Of a stretch of DNA of 64,000 bases, positions 53,751-63,000 are shown piece by piece. The position numbers and the translations under genes were made by a program. The stretch comes from Octopus bimaculoides (lineage: Eukaryota), in assembly GCF_001194135.2 (NCBI RefSeq), contig NC_068982.1, positions 93,719,171 through 93,783,170 of the forward strand. The letters are read 5' to 3'. The first letter of the stretch is position 1; every line of letters begins with the position of its first letter. Below the pieces are notes generated by a model. The model saw nothing but the letters and a program-made list of their open reading frames with translations. It was not told the origin of the DNA and made no database searches.

Positions 53751-56700
53751 CTTATTTTTGCTGCACAATAATGGAATGAATTTTAGAATTGATAGCAAAA
53801 AAATATTATTAGTAGAAGTCTTAGAATACTGGACAAAATGCAGTATAATATTTACAGAGTTCAACTTTGGTAGAAGTTGATATACTTTTCATATTTCCAC
53901 AGTTGCTAAGATATTTTACCAGTCCAGTACTGGGGTGTATTGACTGTGGCCTTGTGCTAATGTTCGAACTTGTTACTCAGAATACAATTAAGTGCAGTTA
54001 TTGGTATATACCTTCTCTGATTAGTATGCAGCTTCTTTATTGTGTATTGAATCTTTATTCCTGTTTTACTAATCGGACATTGTTTCTCTGAAATATTTTG
54101 TCCGAAATCACTTTTTCATTGAATGTCTATAGTACATACATCCAGGTATCAAATTAGGATAAGTGAGTTTGTTAGAAGGATATTAAATTAGTCACATTTC
54201 TTAAGCCATCTCTCAAACTGTTACTCAAGTTTCTCTTTTATTTTTTAAAGTTCTTTGATATTTTAACAGTCTTTGAGATACATCTTCATATTTTGGAAGA
54301 AAATCTGATTTACCATTTCAGCATGCAGCATACTGGGTTTAATACAAAAAAACAAAACCAAAAAAATATCCCTTTAATTTATATTTATTTCCTTAGATAT
54401 TGTGCCTTCTTTTGTTTTCATTTCATGGAATGGTTCCCTGAAATTTCTTACTAAACAAAACAGTATACTTTATATAGTAATAGCTGATGTAGTTGTCTTG
54501 CTTTTTAAGTATCAGTCAGATTTATAGTCAATATTCTGTCAGTTCAGCAACCAAGTTTTTGTTCTGAAAATATTTTAACATTCATTTCATATTTTCCTTG
54601 GGATTTTAGTTATGTTTCCTGATCTTTCTTTATTTTCACTTAATGTAGTATATTCTTCAACTGAAATTGAAATCAAATGAACATAAACTAAATATAGAGT
54701 TAGATGATTTTGTATTATGGATGGTCAACTTCTCAGCAGTGCCTTTTTTCTTTTTTTTTTAAAGTTTAGGATTTTTTTAGTTTTTAATTGCTACAAAACT
54801 GGTTTTAAATTTAACTTGTTCTGTAATTTAGAAATTTTCTGTGTGTTATTCATTATACTGAGGATATTTTTCTGTAAAAAAAAAAAAAATCTTTAAGTTT
54901 TCTACTGTCTAATTAAAAAGTAAGTTTTTCAACCTGCATATCATACATAAATCTAAATTTATTTTCAAGTAACTACCATTTTCATCCATTTTCTCAAAAT
55001 TATAATGGTTAATTATTTTACTTGCTTGTCTGCAAGTTTTATTGAGTAGCTTTATACTTTTTGCCATAGCTAGTTTTATTTCTGTGGGTACCATTCTGTT
55101 TTTCTGTGTGGATTCTTCAATATTTTTCTTTCTTTCTAAAAAATAAAATAAAATTAAAAAAAAAAAATGAAGAAAGTCTTTGATTGATATTCCCTCTTCT
55201 TTGGCTTTTTGCTTGGCTTGGGAAGGAGGAAGATAATGCAGCTCTAGCTTCTGACACAACAAATTCTCAGACTGAATTCTTATATGATGATGTATTTGAA
55301 GAAAATGTCTCTGAGACAAATCCTGACTCTGAGTATATTAATGATAATGTCACATTCACTCTACCTACCGATGAAACAGAGGTTCATTTTGATGAAATGG
55401 ATGTGAGTATTTCACTCAAACCCAAGCAGCTGAAACAAGTTTTATGTCTGCTGTTGCTGTGCCTTTATACTAAACTGGTGATGGTTGGAACATGAACATT
55501 TTGCTTCCGTGTACATTTTGAGCTTGCATGGATTTTAGCTGTGGTAACAATTCGGGAAAAGAATTATGCTTAAAGTTGTATTAAGTTTTCTTTATGAAAT
55601 CTGCTTTACTAATTGTTTTGATTTATCTCCAAATGATAGCCAAAATCTAACAATTTACAAAATTATATTTGATATTGAAATATGTTTTGTAATATGGAGA
55701 AAATATTTTTTTTCTCCATTATTTTCTTTACGTTAATCATATATAGTCCTAATAAAATTCTTCTTTTTAAAACTGTTTAAACCCCTAGAGTAAACTATAG
55801 ACGTTAGATGAAAATAATGATCCTCTTCATAGTTTATCTGTTTCCTATTATGTCTTTAATTTTTGTCTTAATAGATAGTAAAATAATATCCATTGATTAT
55901 GTCACAACCTAACTTCATTTTCTCTGATTATTATTGTTTGTCTTGCCCCTTATCCGATTAATTATCTAAAATATCTACTAATGATAATAACTCAAATTCA
56001 TGATCACCAGTAAAATTGATGTTAATTAAAATTGCACCTTCTTGAATCAGATGTTAAAAATTTTTCCACAATTGCATGCATTTTTTTTGTTTTTTGTCAT
56101 TGGTATTTTCTCTTCTTAAAATGGTCTTCAGAATAATGTAATCATTCTTCAAACATTCTGTATATATTTTTACTTTGCACCAATTCTGCAGCTATAAATG
56201 TTAAATGGAAAATAAAAATGTATTTTGATTACATTAAAGTCTGGGAATATTAAATGTCTTTGTTTCTAAAAAAAAATATTTTACATTGATAATTTGGCTA
56301 ACACTCTTCCAAAATGAATTTTTAAGTCTGCAAGATTTATTGCAAAACCTATAAAATAGTATAACTAGATTTTAATCCATCTATAGATATGAACTTTAAT
56401 GAATTTTAGCTCAATATTGAAGAAAGGATGTAAAAATAACATGAGCAATATCTAGAAAATTCGAGAGGTTTGTCCATGTAGTGAATAGAGAGCCACTGTT
56501 TCCCTACTAGATGGTGCCTTGATTATCTCTCTGCCTTATTTCCATCCCAATTTCAGTATGTTTCAAGAAAGTTTCTTATTACTGGTTTGTGTGTATCTTT
56601 GCACATGTTTAGTCATGTGTTTGTCATTAATATCTCATGATAAATTCACACTCTTATGCTCTTCCAAGATGCTTGCACACAAATGTACATCTACACATTG

Positions 56701-57997
56701 ATTTCAGTTTTCTTTAACATATAAAATATTGGCTTCTCACAGTTTCCTATTGGCAAAACATCTTTGTATTTATTTGTTGTTCTCTTGACTCCATAAAATA
56801 GAAGGATAAACGTTTGTATCATACTATTAAAGTCAGTTGTTTGATAAAGTTTTCGCATTCTGCACCACATCCATAAAAATTGTCTTTTGCTTGAGCTTGA
56901 AACCATATAGCTGAAATTTGCTTCATTATAATTTCTATGTACAATATTTTCTCAAGCTTAAACTTTATTAGCTGTGTAAATCGTGTGTTGCAAATGTGAC
57001 TAATCACACTTACATTTTGCTTAAATACCTCCAGCTCCTTTCATGTCTGTATATCCATGCATTTCTAGTCCTGTAAATTATTCATAAAACATCAAGTTGT
57101 ATTTATTTTGTCTCTGAATGTATAAGTTATTGGATTTTATCTCCAATTTATAACAATGGGATTTATTTATTTATTTATTTGTGTTTAATTAGCTTTAAAG
57201 TAACACTTCAATATTTCATTTATACTGTGTATTAAAAAGAAAAGTCAATACATAGTTATTTCCTCTGCTTCATACAGCAAAACTTCTCTTTTGATGCTTT
57301 TTTTAAAAATGTATTTTTACTTCAATCACAGTGGTTAAGATTATCGTTAAATTTTTGACTGAACAGGACAAATTTGATTATGAAAACTTATCTGAAAATA
57401 CACTTTTTCACTTAAGAAATGTATGATTGTCATAAGGTCACATAGGCACATACAAAACATGCAACCACAATTCATGTATAATATTGATTCCACAGGAAAC
57501 ATAATGTTGACCATTAAAGTAAATTGTGAAGATTATTGGCTAGCTTTTCCTTGTCCAACACATGGAATGTTTAATATCAAAAACTGAGCAATTATTTTGA
57601 AGAATTAAGTGCACCAAATCTATAAGCAATCTTATAGTAGAAGAAACAGCAAGATTAAACTACTTCCAGATGTATTTTAGAAGAGTTTAAAGATGGACTT
57701 TGTGCAGTGAAATAATGCATTAGAGAAACCATCTAAATCTAATACATAACTTCATGTTCACTAGAAACATGGTTTGGAACTAGCAAAGAAAGTTGATAAA
57801 AAGAGAATTGAGGATTCCTATTATAGCTTCTATTTATATTGATCCCAAATATATTTTGGAATCATGAAGCTTGGTTATTTTGAGTGGGTAGTACAAATAA
57901 GTTTAGGATATATTTAAACGGCAGTGCATCAGCATTGCCGAAGCTCTGAGCTGAAACTACAGCAAAAAATATATATATATATATATATATATGTGTA

Positions 57998-58067
<70 letters not shown>

Positions 58068-60036
58068 CACACACACACACACACTGTAAATCTTGAACCA
58101 TGAAAATATTTTACTAGCAAATGGTGGCTTTTTAACTATTTAAACCCAGTATATAATCTTAGAGCCTAAATGGCTCAGCTATTGGATTACCCACTCTTAG
58201 ATTTGGACTTAAATTCTTTTTTATATTATATCCATTAATTGCCCCAGTTGACTTTTTTATGTGTAAACTGAAATAACTTAAACCAAATTAAAATAATCTG
58301 AAGGTAAATTAAAATAAATTTGAAAATAAATTAGGAAGGGCATCCAGCTGTAGAAACTCTGCCAAATCAGATTGGAGCCTGGTGTAGCCATCTGGTTCAC
58401 CAGTCCTTAGTCAAATTGTCCAACCTATGCTAGCATGGAAAGCGGACGTTAAACGATGATGATGAAACAAAAAAAAATGTCTTAAAGTAAATCAAAATAC
58501 TTGCAAAGGAAACTGTTTCCTTCAATTAGATAATGCCACCCTATATATTATCCAGCATACAGAATATACATTGTGTATCCTGGACTAAAGTACACCATAT
58601 AGCCTGTTTTAGAATGGTATTATTTTATGGGAATTTGGCTGTGCTATTTGAAGCAGGTTGAACAACCACATATGGGTTTTTTCTTTATTGTCTCACTTTG
58701 GCTACATCATTCAATGGTATATTATAAAAATGTTAAGCCTATAATTCTCTGAAATTTTTTTAGCCAGTTGCAACAGAAAAGTCATTGGAGAGTTCTGTAT
58801 TTCTAAAATTTTGTATTGACAGTTGATATATAACTTGGTATTTATCAATTGACACATTCAGACATACACAATGATTGAATTAGCTGATGAGATCTTTTGG
58901 GAAACGAAATGAAGTGTTACCAAATAGCTTACTCATTTCCCATGCAGCTTAAATATATTTAATGTTTACTGAATGGAAGCATCTTTATGATGAGTTTTAA
59001 TTTTTTTTTTTTCTGGAATATTGTTTTTTGGATTGTAAATTTATTTGTATTTTGCTGGATATATTATCAACTATTTTTAGTTTCTCAAATAACATTGAAT
59101 ATTTGTGAAAGCATCTATGCCATATTGCAGCATGCCTTTTAGTTTTACACACTGCCCATTGCTTTTCCACCACTCCTTCCTGTCTTAAAGTTGCATCTCC
59201 CTTATCTATAATCCATTGAATGATTTTTAGGTGCCTTCTTCACCAAGTGGTACACAACCTTCCCTGGCAAGCACTCCCTCTGTCATTGGATCCCAAAGCA
59301 AGACCTCCACAGTCCAATCCACGAAACCAGAATTACGTAAATTTGGCAGTACTAGTATGGTTCCTAATGAGACTAGTGAACATGATGCTGATGTTTTTCC
59401 TCGCTCAGTTTCTACTCCTCGACTTGCATGTGATGATTCTATTGTGAGTGTGCATCAGTTTATTGCTTATTGGGAAGCAGTTAGCCCATTTATTTTCCAA
59501 CTATAACTTATTTAAAAAAATGTTAAGCTTGTCCATTTAACGAAAAGATGGAAAGCAAGCATTCTGCTCCATAGATATTGAAGAATAGTTTTTAAGTTAA
59601 TGAACCGTTTTGAAACTTCTTCCCTGTGAGTGTCCCAGACTAAATTTTTGAGATTTTCCTTTCCAATTGCACAGTTATTAGATTCTTTTGTAGTTAGACA
59701 TTTTTGTCTGATACTACTAACTGATTTATCTTTGCTTATAAATGGAATTTAACCACTTGTTTGGTTGTGAACTCTTTTTGATCCTACCATTTTTATAATT
59801 ACTGTCTGTATAACTTTATTTCATTTGAAGTGTAGGGGGAGAAAGGCATTTTCCTCATTTAGTTTCAACCTTTTGGTTGTGATTAAACTGGGTTTCCATA
59901 AATTTTCTTGAAATATTTGTTTATATTTTATTTAGAATAAGCCAGACTCCCAGCAAACTCCAAGCAGTGTCTCATCAGGAAATGTCTCTGCTGAGTTTAC
60001 AGTGACTGCACTTCCAGAACCGCCAACAGATGACAG
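3245..60036 (+). CDS. PPP1R12A: Partial multi-exon gene: protein phosphatase 1 regulatory subunit 12 (MYPT1/Mbs-like); 5' and 3' ends lie outside the window
   Basis: Twelve GT-AG exons join in frame. The translation ACIDDKIDMVKFLVENGADVDVCDNEGWTPLHATASCGFTDIAQYLIST...EEMNRQGVDAEAARREEEEMMLSDANQWLNS...GQTAFDVAD closely matches the vertebrate MYPT1 ankyrin region as I recall it (ACIDDNVDMVKFLVENGA...NRQGVDIEAARKEEE...GQTAFDVAD) and fits PPP1R16 less well. The symbol is a family-level call, since invertebrates have one PPP1R12A/B/C co-orthologue. Confidence 0.95.
5003..5335 (+). mobile_element. (GAT)n-tailed short retroposon with about 2.5 internal tandem units
   Basis: Core taggaagggcatccagctgtagaaactctgccaaatcagattggagcctgg...catgctagcatggaaa...aaacgatgatgat is shared with the copies at 28481-28951 and 58332-58465. 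Confidence 0.85.
8560..9540 (-). mobile_element. Decayed LINE RT 3' half (I/Jockey-like); ends approximate
   Basis: Minus-strand fragments LPQKSAF...FSLY, SYADNM (YADD-like), KILRVTHNT and ILRTLIGTTF appear in the expected order. Confidence 0.5.
11430..11847 (+). mobile_element. Decayed CR1/Jockey-like LINE RT, interrupted by the mariner; probable continuation at about 13090-14500
   Basis: IP*SLETG..KGNPS*LTSYCSLA, TSKMMERAV, FLSHHQF and VVATLIINKTFNCVWYMNLMS resemble RT domains 1-3 (KGDPS..NYRPIA / SKVME / LDISKAFDRVWH). Confidence 0.55.
11850..13085 (-). mobile_element. Full-length decayed mariner transposon (1236 bp); transposase pseudogene at about 11900-12902
   Basis: 31-bp TIRs (tcaggtcattaagaatgaaatgtccaatttt versus reverse complement tcaggtgataaagaatgaaatgtctgatttt, 4 mismatches) and TA on both sides. 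Transposase motifs MDRSKI, KWVPHEL, CDEKWIL, DNARPHVA and INKLPIKWQNCVD, with stops and frameshifts. Confidence 0.95.
15517..15686. other. Assembly gap (170 N) followed by (CT)n microsatellite
   Basis: N run; CT repeat at 15687-15729. Confidence 0.99.
19873..20361 (-). mobile_element. tRNA-type SINE interrupted by a TTAA MITE
   Basis: Reverse-complement head ggcacaggcatggccatgtgc[ttaa]gaagttcgcc...cagtcccactgcaaggcacc matches the head of the SINE at 37066. Confidence 0.6.
20123..20336. mobile_element. piggyBac-like MITE (214 bp)
   Basis: TTAA duplication on both sides; TIR cccttttcatacc versus reverse complement cccttttgttacc. Confidence 0.75.
20828..21092 (-). mobile_element. Diverged antisense copy of the (GAT)n-tailed retroposon
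   Basis: catcatcgtcatc...catgggttggacggtttgactgag...tttctacagctgaatgccc. Confidence 0.8.
21248..21385. mobile_element. Small TTAA-flanked MITE (138 bp) with internal 9-bp hairpin
   Basis: ttaa|cccattttaaccca ... tgggttaatatggg|ttaa (14-bp TIR, 1 mismatch); actgtcctc-aaac-gaggacagt at 21351-21372. Confidence 0.6.
23545..23623. repeat. Perfect 23-bp inverted repeat with 33-nt loop
   Basis: tcaaattaattgcaagtggattc (23545-23567) and gaatccacttgcaattaatttga (23601-23623). Confidence 0.95.
27703..27885 (-). mobile_element. Diverged antisense copy of the (GAT)n-tailed retroposon family
   Basis: ttccatgttggtatgggttggacag...ttctacagctggatgcccttcctaacaccaatcact. Confidence 0.7.
28481..28951 (+). mobile_element. 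Retroposon copy carrying five tandem GC-rich 62-63 bp units
   Basis: Units start at 28481, 28543, 28605, 28667 and 28730 (cgagcgagatcgttgcc...). They are followed by the shared core and an aaacgacgacgac tail. Confidence 0.9.
30496..30536 (+). promoter_or_regulatory. Candidate recursive splice site (zero-nucleotide exon), AG|GT at 30530/30531
   Basis: tttttctcaccttctgtgctacag|gtgagt: a CTCAC branch-point-like motif, a pyrimidine tract and CAG are immediately followed by the consensus donor GTGAGT. Confidence 0.6.
31049..31388. mobile_element. hAT-like MITE (340 bp)
   Basis: Ends caggagttctcaacc and tttagaaccactg; flanking 8-mers ttccaacc and cttcaacc (6/8) are consistent with an 8-bp TSD. 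Confidence 0.6.
31860..33420 (+). mobile_element. Decayed Ty3/Gypsy LTR-retrotransposon internal region (gag-like then RT); no LTRs identified
   Basis: RT N-terminal motifs at about 32970-33330: KLLVEGII, AVLVNK...LVVDY, INRYTQLDAFPIPLISD, FSTVDFCSAYYQ, RVTNG. Confidence 0.75.
34008..34192. repeat. 185-bp direct repeat, copy 1 (identical to 35937-36121)
   Basis: Base-by-base identity from cctctctcctttg to gggtttgtgaat; followed by a 24-bp tandem duplication at 34195-34242. Confidence 0.95.
34706..35044 (-). mobile_element. Well-preserved tRNA-derived SINE
   Basis: Reverse complement starts gtgaaggcgcaTGGCTCAGTGG (A box)...GAGTTCAAATCC (B box), then a CORE-like gtgttcttgagcaagacacttt; retains many CpGs. 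Confidence 0.9.
35937..36121. repeat. 185-bp direct repeat, copy 2
   Basis: Identical to 34008-34192, offset 1929 bp. Confidence 0.95.
37066..37486 (+). mobile_element. SINE family with internal microsatellite (related pieces at 37981-38170 minus, 52807-53060 plus, 62502-62690 plus)
   Basis: Shared gcaggc..ggctgtgtggtaagaag head, gtggatttggtagatggaaa.tgaaagaagc block, (TA)/(TG) middle and gaaagataaaagat tail. Confidence 0.75.
39086..39137. repeat. (TA)n microsatellite, about 26 units
   Basis: Direct reading. Confidence 0.95.
39138..39646. repeat. 175-bp inverted repeat (39138-39312 and 39472-39646), about 94% identical
   Basis: Manual alignment shows 10 mismatches, all transitions; 159-bp spacer. 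Confidence 0.95.
39718..40032. repeat. Perfect 98-bp inverted repeat (39718-39815 and 39935-40032)
   Basis: No mismatches; the ORF track shows the same peptide MLLQHTENLEIAVKELLIPNYKF on both strands. Confidence 0.97.
40180..40618 (+). mobile_element. Diverged (GAT)n-tailed retroposon copy (further copies at about 35575-35734, 43160-43444, 47453-47698)
   Basis: aaaagcaccc...gtggttg...gtagaaacc...ggtgcagcc...aacccatgccagcatgga...gatgttgatg. Confidence 0.75.
40639..40702. repeat. (CA)n microsatellite, about 32 units
   Basis: Direct reading. Confidence 0.95.
40705..41564 (-). mobile_element. Internally deleted mariner (second family, about 860 bp)
   Basis: Minus-strand WFQKFRAGNYSL, FHQDNA*PHTAR, MPHPPYSLDIAPSDYHLF and SLPER*KSIVENEGEYI; central catalytic segment missing; partial TIRs ttgggtcatcccat and atgggatgacaa, each flanked by TA. 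Confidence 0.85.
41837..41955 (+). CDS. PPP1R12A: MYPT exon (probable exon 3), 119 nt, phase 2 to 1
   Basis: ttttgatag|ATATCTT...CGCCAAG|gtaagt; (Q)YLISTSANIAAVNNDGDLPLDICEENKMEKLLLEEMNRQ. Confidence 0.95.
42061..42880 (+). mobile_element. Penelope-like element reverse transcriptase fragment (pseudogene)
   Basis: VPTLYGLCKDH, GPPTRPVC, GSMDVISLYPSID, LYMQVEGAAIGVDVAGDVASLFM and RYVDDINIL in the correct order, with stops and frameshifts. Confidence 0.88.
43653..43812 (+). CDS. PPP1R12A: MYPT exon (probable exon 4), 160 nt, phase 1 to 2
   Basis: tttaag|GTGTGGAT...ATGCA|gtaagt; GVDAEAARREEEEMMLSDANQWLNSNCVTERPHAKTGAVALHVAAAKGYIKVM. Confidence 0.95.
44560..45860 (-). mobile_element. Decayed CR1-like LINE remnant; ends approximate
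   Basis: Minus-strand fragments GKNTSNLCN, APTLF and PRTIIFWNPL.PTFPTDITLQIF resemble CR1 RT and its C-terminus. Confidence 0.45.
46147..46291 (+). CDS. PPP1R12A: MYPT exon (probable exon 5), 145 nt, phase 2 to 0
   Basis: ttgtag|TTTATTA...AATGCA|gtaagc; (H)LLIQAKANVNIKDSDGWTPLHAAAHWGQEKACKILADNFCDMDSKNNA. Confidence 0.95.
47901..47975 (+). CDS. PPP1R12A: MYPT exon (probable exon 6), 75 nt, phase 0 to 0
   Basis: atttcag|GGGCAA...GCTATG|gtaata; GQTAFDVADTELLSLLEELKKKQAM. Confidence 0.93.
49918..49982 (+). CDS. PPP1R12A: MYPT exon, 65 nt, phase 0 to 2
   Basis: Long T tract then tttctag|CTTCGA...CGAAG|gttagt; LRDKTPVHKDIIVAKGIHPKR; phases fit both neighbours. Confidence 0.85.
50340..50912 (+). 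mobile_element. RTE-clade LINE RT fragment containing a PHD-type zinc finger; truncated by the assembly gap
   Basis: CSICRKGVGRNSISCTQCKLWTHKRC...CGRC, then LEVVDSFRYLGD, AWAKFRELLPLL, KGRLYDACV*TAMLHGSETW and MLRWMC. Confidence 0.92.
50913..51233. other. Assembly gap (321 N) followed by (TA)n/(CA)n
   Basis: N run. Confidence 0.99.
52083..52243 (+). CDS. PPP1R12A: MYPT exon, 161 nt, phase 2 to 1, acidic/Ser-rich segment
   Basis: aaaacag|GACATCT...GAGACAG|gtatgt; (R)TSVTRMSVDQKHNVVLQTLEQEKAQRENYRKDEEAKKSSSSSTNDDSSSESET, resembling the MYPT1 LEQEK...SSCSSEE...SESEAET region. Confidence 0.9.
53215..53235 (+). CDS. PPP1R12A: Candidate 21-nt symmetric (phase 1-1) microexon of MYPT
   Basis: ttacatttttgcag|TTCTGAGGAGAAATGATGAAG|gtatgt. 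Only the phase-1 frame is stop-free (VLRRNDE), and this is the phase required between 52243 and 53656. Confidence 0.55.
53656..53699 (+). CDS. PPP1R12A: MYPT exon, 44 nt, phase 1 to 0
   Basis: ttttttctttttag|AACGTC...CACACG|gtaagt; (E)RQNEINKNTSIPHT; needed to convert phase 1 to phase 0. Confidence 0.85.
55226..55402 (+). CDS. PPP1R12A: Probable MYPT exon, 177 nt, phase 0-0, highly acidic (possible cassette exon)
   Basis: ggctttttgcttggcttgggaag|GAGGAA...ATGGAT|gtgagt; 59 open codons EEDNAALASD...EVHFDEMD; strong donor, weak acceptor. Confidence 0.65.
58332..58465 (+). mobile_element. 5'-truncated young copy of the (GAT)n-tailed retroposon
   Basis: Near-identical to the 3' ends of the 5003 and 28481 copies; starts abruptly at taggaagggc and ends gatgatgatga. 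Confidence 0.88.
59231..59443 (+). CDS. PPP1R12A: MYPT exon, 213 nt, phase 0-0, Ser/Thr/Pro-rich with LRKFGS and RSVSTPRL motifs
   Basis: tttttag|GTGCCT...TCTATT|gtgagt; motifs parallel vertebrate MYPT1 LRKTGS and RSASSPRL. Confidence 0.9.
59936..60036 (+). CDS. PPP1R12A: MYPT exon, 101 nt, phase 0 to 2 (last exon found in window)
   Basis: ttttatttag|AATAAG...GACAG|gtttgt; NKPDSQQTPSSVSSGNVSAEFTVTALPEPPTDD. Confidence 0.8.
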
Positions 60037-63000
60037 GTTTGTGAGATTATATAAGCAATTAAATGCTAAGTGGTTATATATTTCTACATACTACTTAATT
60101 TAAATTGTTCTAATTCTCTAATGTGCTTTTGTTTTCTTTTTTTGTTAACATTTTTACTGAAACTGTTTATATTCCTTTTAATATATACTTATAACAGTAT
60201 TATTTGTGATTAATTTGTTTCAAACAATAATTCACAATTTAATTAGAATTTTATCTTAATTCATTTAGCTTTTGATACACGGTTTTTTTGTTGTTTTCGA
60301 ATTTATTATTTCATACACTCAATTGTGTGTGTATGCATACACACACACATGATGCTGCAAAGCCTTCAGCTTATTTATGCTTAAAACAATAATAATAATA
60401 GTAGCATATATCATTTATTGACTGTTTACTTGAACACAAATATATTAAATATTTGAGCCAATGTGTGTTACACTAATTACTTCAACGGAACTAAATGGAA
60501 AGTGCTTACCAATTCCCACTTAATTTTAGTGGTTAGTGCCAAGAAAAGTTGTTCTACTGTCAGAACATCTGTTATTTAAATTTACATGTGGGTACCTATT
60601 ATGGATGAATGTTCTATTTCTTACATTCAGTTTCATGCACAGAGCCATTATGAAGTATTTAAAAAAAATGCAAGCTCTTTTTCATTTCATTAATAATATA
60701 TTTCAATAAGCTGTTGTTCTGTTGAATATTGTTTGAACATTCTTGTGAATAATTTTAACTTAACATAAATTGCTTGGCTATATCAATACTGTTACTGGAG
60801 TTCTTATTTTTTAGTATTATTATTATCAAGTATAAATTAAGTAAATGTGAAAGTACAAAGAGAAAGTTGATCAATTTTGTTTGCAAACAATATTCCGGGA
60901 AATGAAGGCAAGTCTTTTATGATGAAAGTACAGCTGATTTATATATTGCATATGTTTATCAGTTTATTATCTTTGAATAAATTACGTCTGCATACTTTGT
61001 ATATTTAAATAACTTGATGCCCCCTTTTTTGGCATGGTTCTGTAAGGATAGCATGTTCAGTGTTGTCTTTCGTTTTATATTTATTCTTCCATTTTGTCTG
61101 TGTGAATTATCTCTTCTGCTTATATATAACCTTAATGTGTTTATATTCCTACAATTTCCTTTGTGGCCTGCATGTAAAATGAAACCATATTTTCTCTTCT
61201 CTTATTCTCTTTCTCCTCTAATCTGAGCACTCCATAACATTTTGGCATAACAATTAAGCAAATTTAAAATAACTCATTGAATGTGATTAATATGCTTTTT
61301 ATTGTTGATATAATATCTCAGAAGAGAATGTTTGCTCATCTTTAATCTGGACTCTATAGTTCTGAAGCATTTTTCTCTTTAACTTTTGCAAATTTTTCAA
61401 CTTTATATCAAAAAAGAACAAATTATCTATTAGTCAACTGATATTTATGTCAGTTGAGTTAGCCAGTAGTCCTGTCCCAAACCTTTCTTCTCTTCACCTG
61501 TTTGGTCTTGAATTGACCTGTTACCTAACCATGTCAGCTTGCTTAACATTTAACATACGCTTACACCTAATAGCTAAAAAGTACTTGCAAGTAATAAAAA
61601 AAATATTTCTCACAAAAAAAAAAAAAGAAAAAAATGGGTTTAAGGGTACTATCATGATGCATAAGCAGTATGGCCATAAGTTCACGTTCATTGGGGAAAA
61701 TATTCTAAAACCAATTAAAAGTAGTACTCACCAAGGATTTCCTAAAAATACTTGATTCAGAGCCTATGTAAGTATATCATTATAAGTAATTGAAACACTG
61801 GCAGTACTTCCTCTCATTGTTTTCCTGAAATAAGTTATATCTCTTGCTGCTGCTTGCACCAACCACTTCAATGAAATTGTGAGATCGATGTAATTCATAT
61901 ATCATGCTACCTGAATAAAATTGGTATGTATGTACGGGAAGTGAAAGAGTTGTTTTCTTACAAACAAGAGTATCTCTTGCTTTGCTTTCCATGTCATTGC
62001 TTAACAGCATTGTCCCACTTGTAAAGTGATATCACTGTATGTCAGCTGGTTTTGGTATTCAACAAAAGAGCTTCTAGAGGATCAATCCATTTGCTAGAAA
62101 TATCATCCAAATTACACCCACTCCCGTAATGGGTATCTGGAAAATGTCATGATCAAGACTAGAATGCTTTTCATCATACATTTGTCTGATCAGCGCTGAT
62201 CGAGATAACAACCAAGTTCAATTTGATCCATTGAAGTATGGCCACAATATGGTCCCTGAACTTGTTAGAAATATTAGCCAAATGTCCTTCAGATCCTACA
62301 CTCTTCAATTAGAAAAGAACATTAAACAGCAGTCCTATATAAACAAAAAAGGCAAGTTAATATATATTACATAAACTAGGAGAGAACCAATGAGAAGGCA
62401 ATGTTTTGCCTAGTATAAAGAATGCATTTAAAAAAACTTAAAACATGAAATGAATGTTAGCTTTATTGATTGAAACAAAATTATATGCTACATGTTTATG
62501 TGCAGGCATGCTTGTGTGATTAAGAAGCTTGCTTCTCAACCATGTGGTTTCAAGTTAATTCCCATTGTGTGGCACTTTTGTCTCCTATAACCCTGGGCTG
62601 GCCAAAGTCTTGGGAGTGGATTTGGTTGATGGAAACTGAAAGAAGCTTGCCATGTATATATGTATTTGTATGTTTGTGTACCTTTCCTTGGCAACATGTG
62701 ATGTTAATTTCTACTCTTAATGGAAAACATGTCTGGCCATGGAAAATATTATCTTGCTTAGAAACAGATGAGGGCTGGTGACAGGATGGGCGTCTGGCCA
62801 CGGAAAATCTGCTTCAGCAAATTCATCATTATCTCTGGTAATTGATGTTGAGTACCATTATATGCAAAAACAAATTAATGAAATACTTGGAGAGTACTGT
62901 TTAATAATGGTTTTACAATGTTAATTTTGACTATAGTATTGACCAAATTAATCGCAGTACTTTTGTATCATGATTACTATGTAAACAGAAAATAGTTTAT

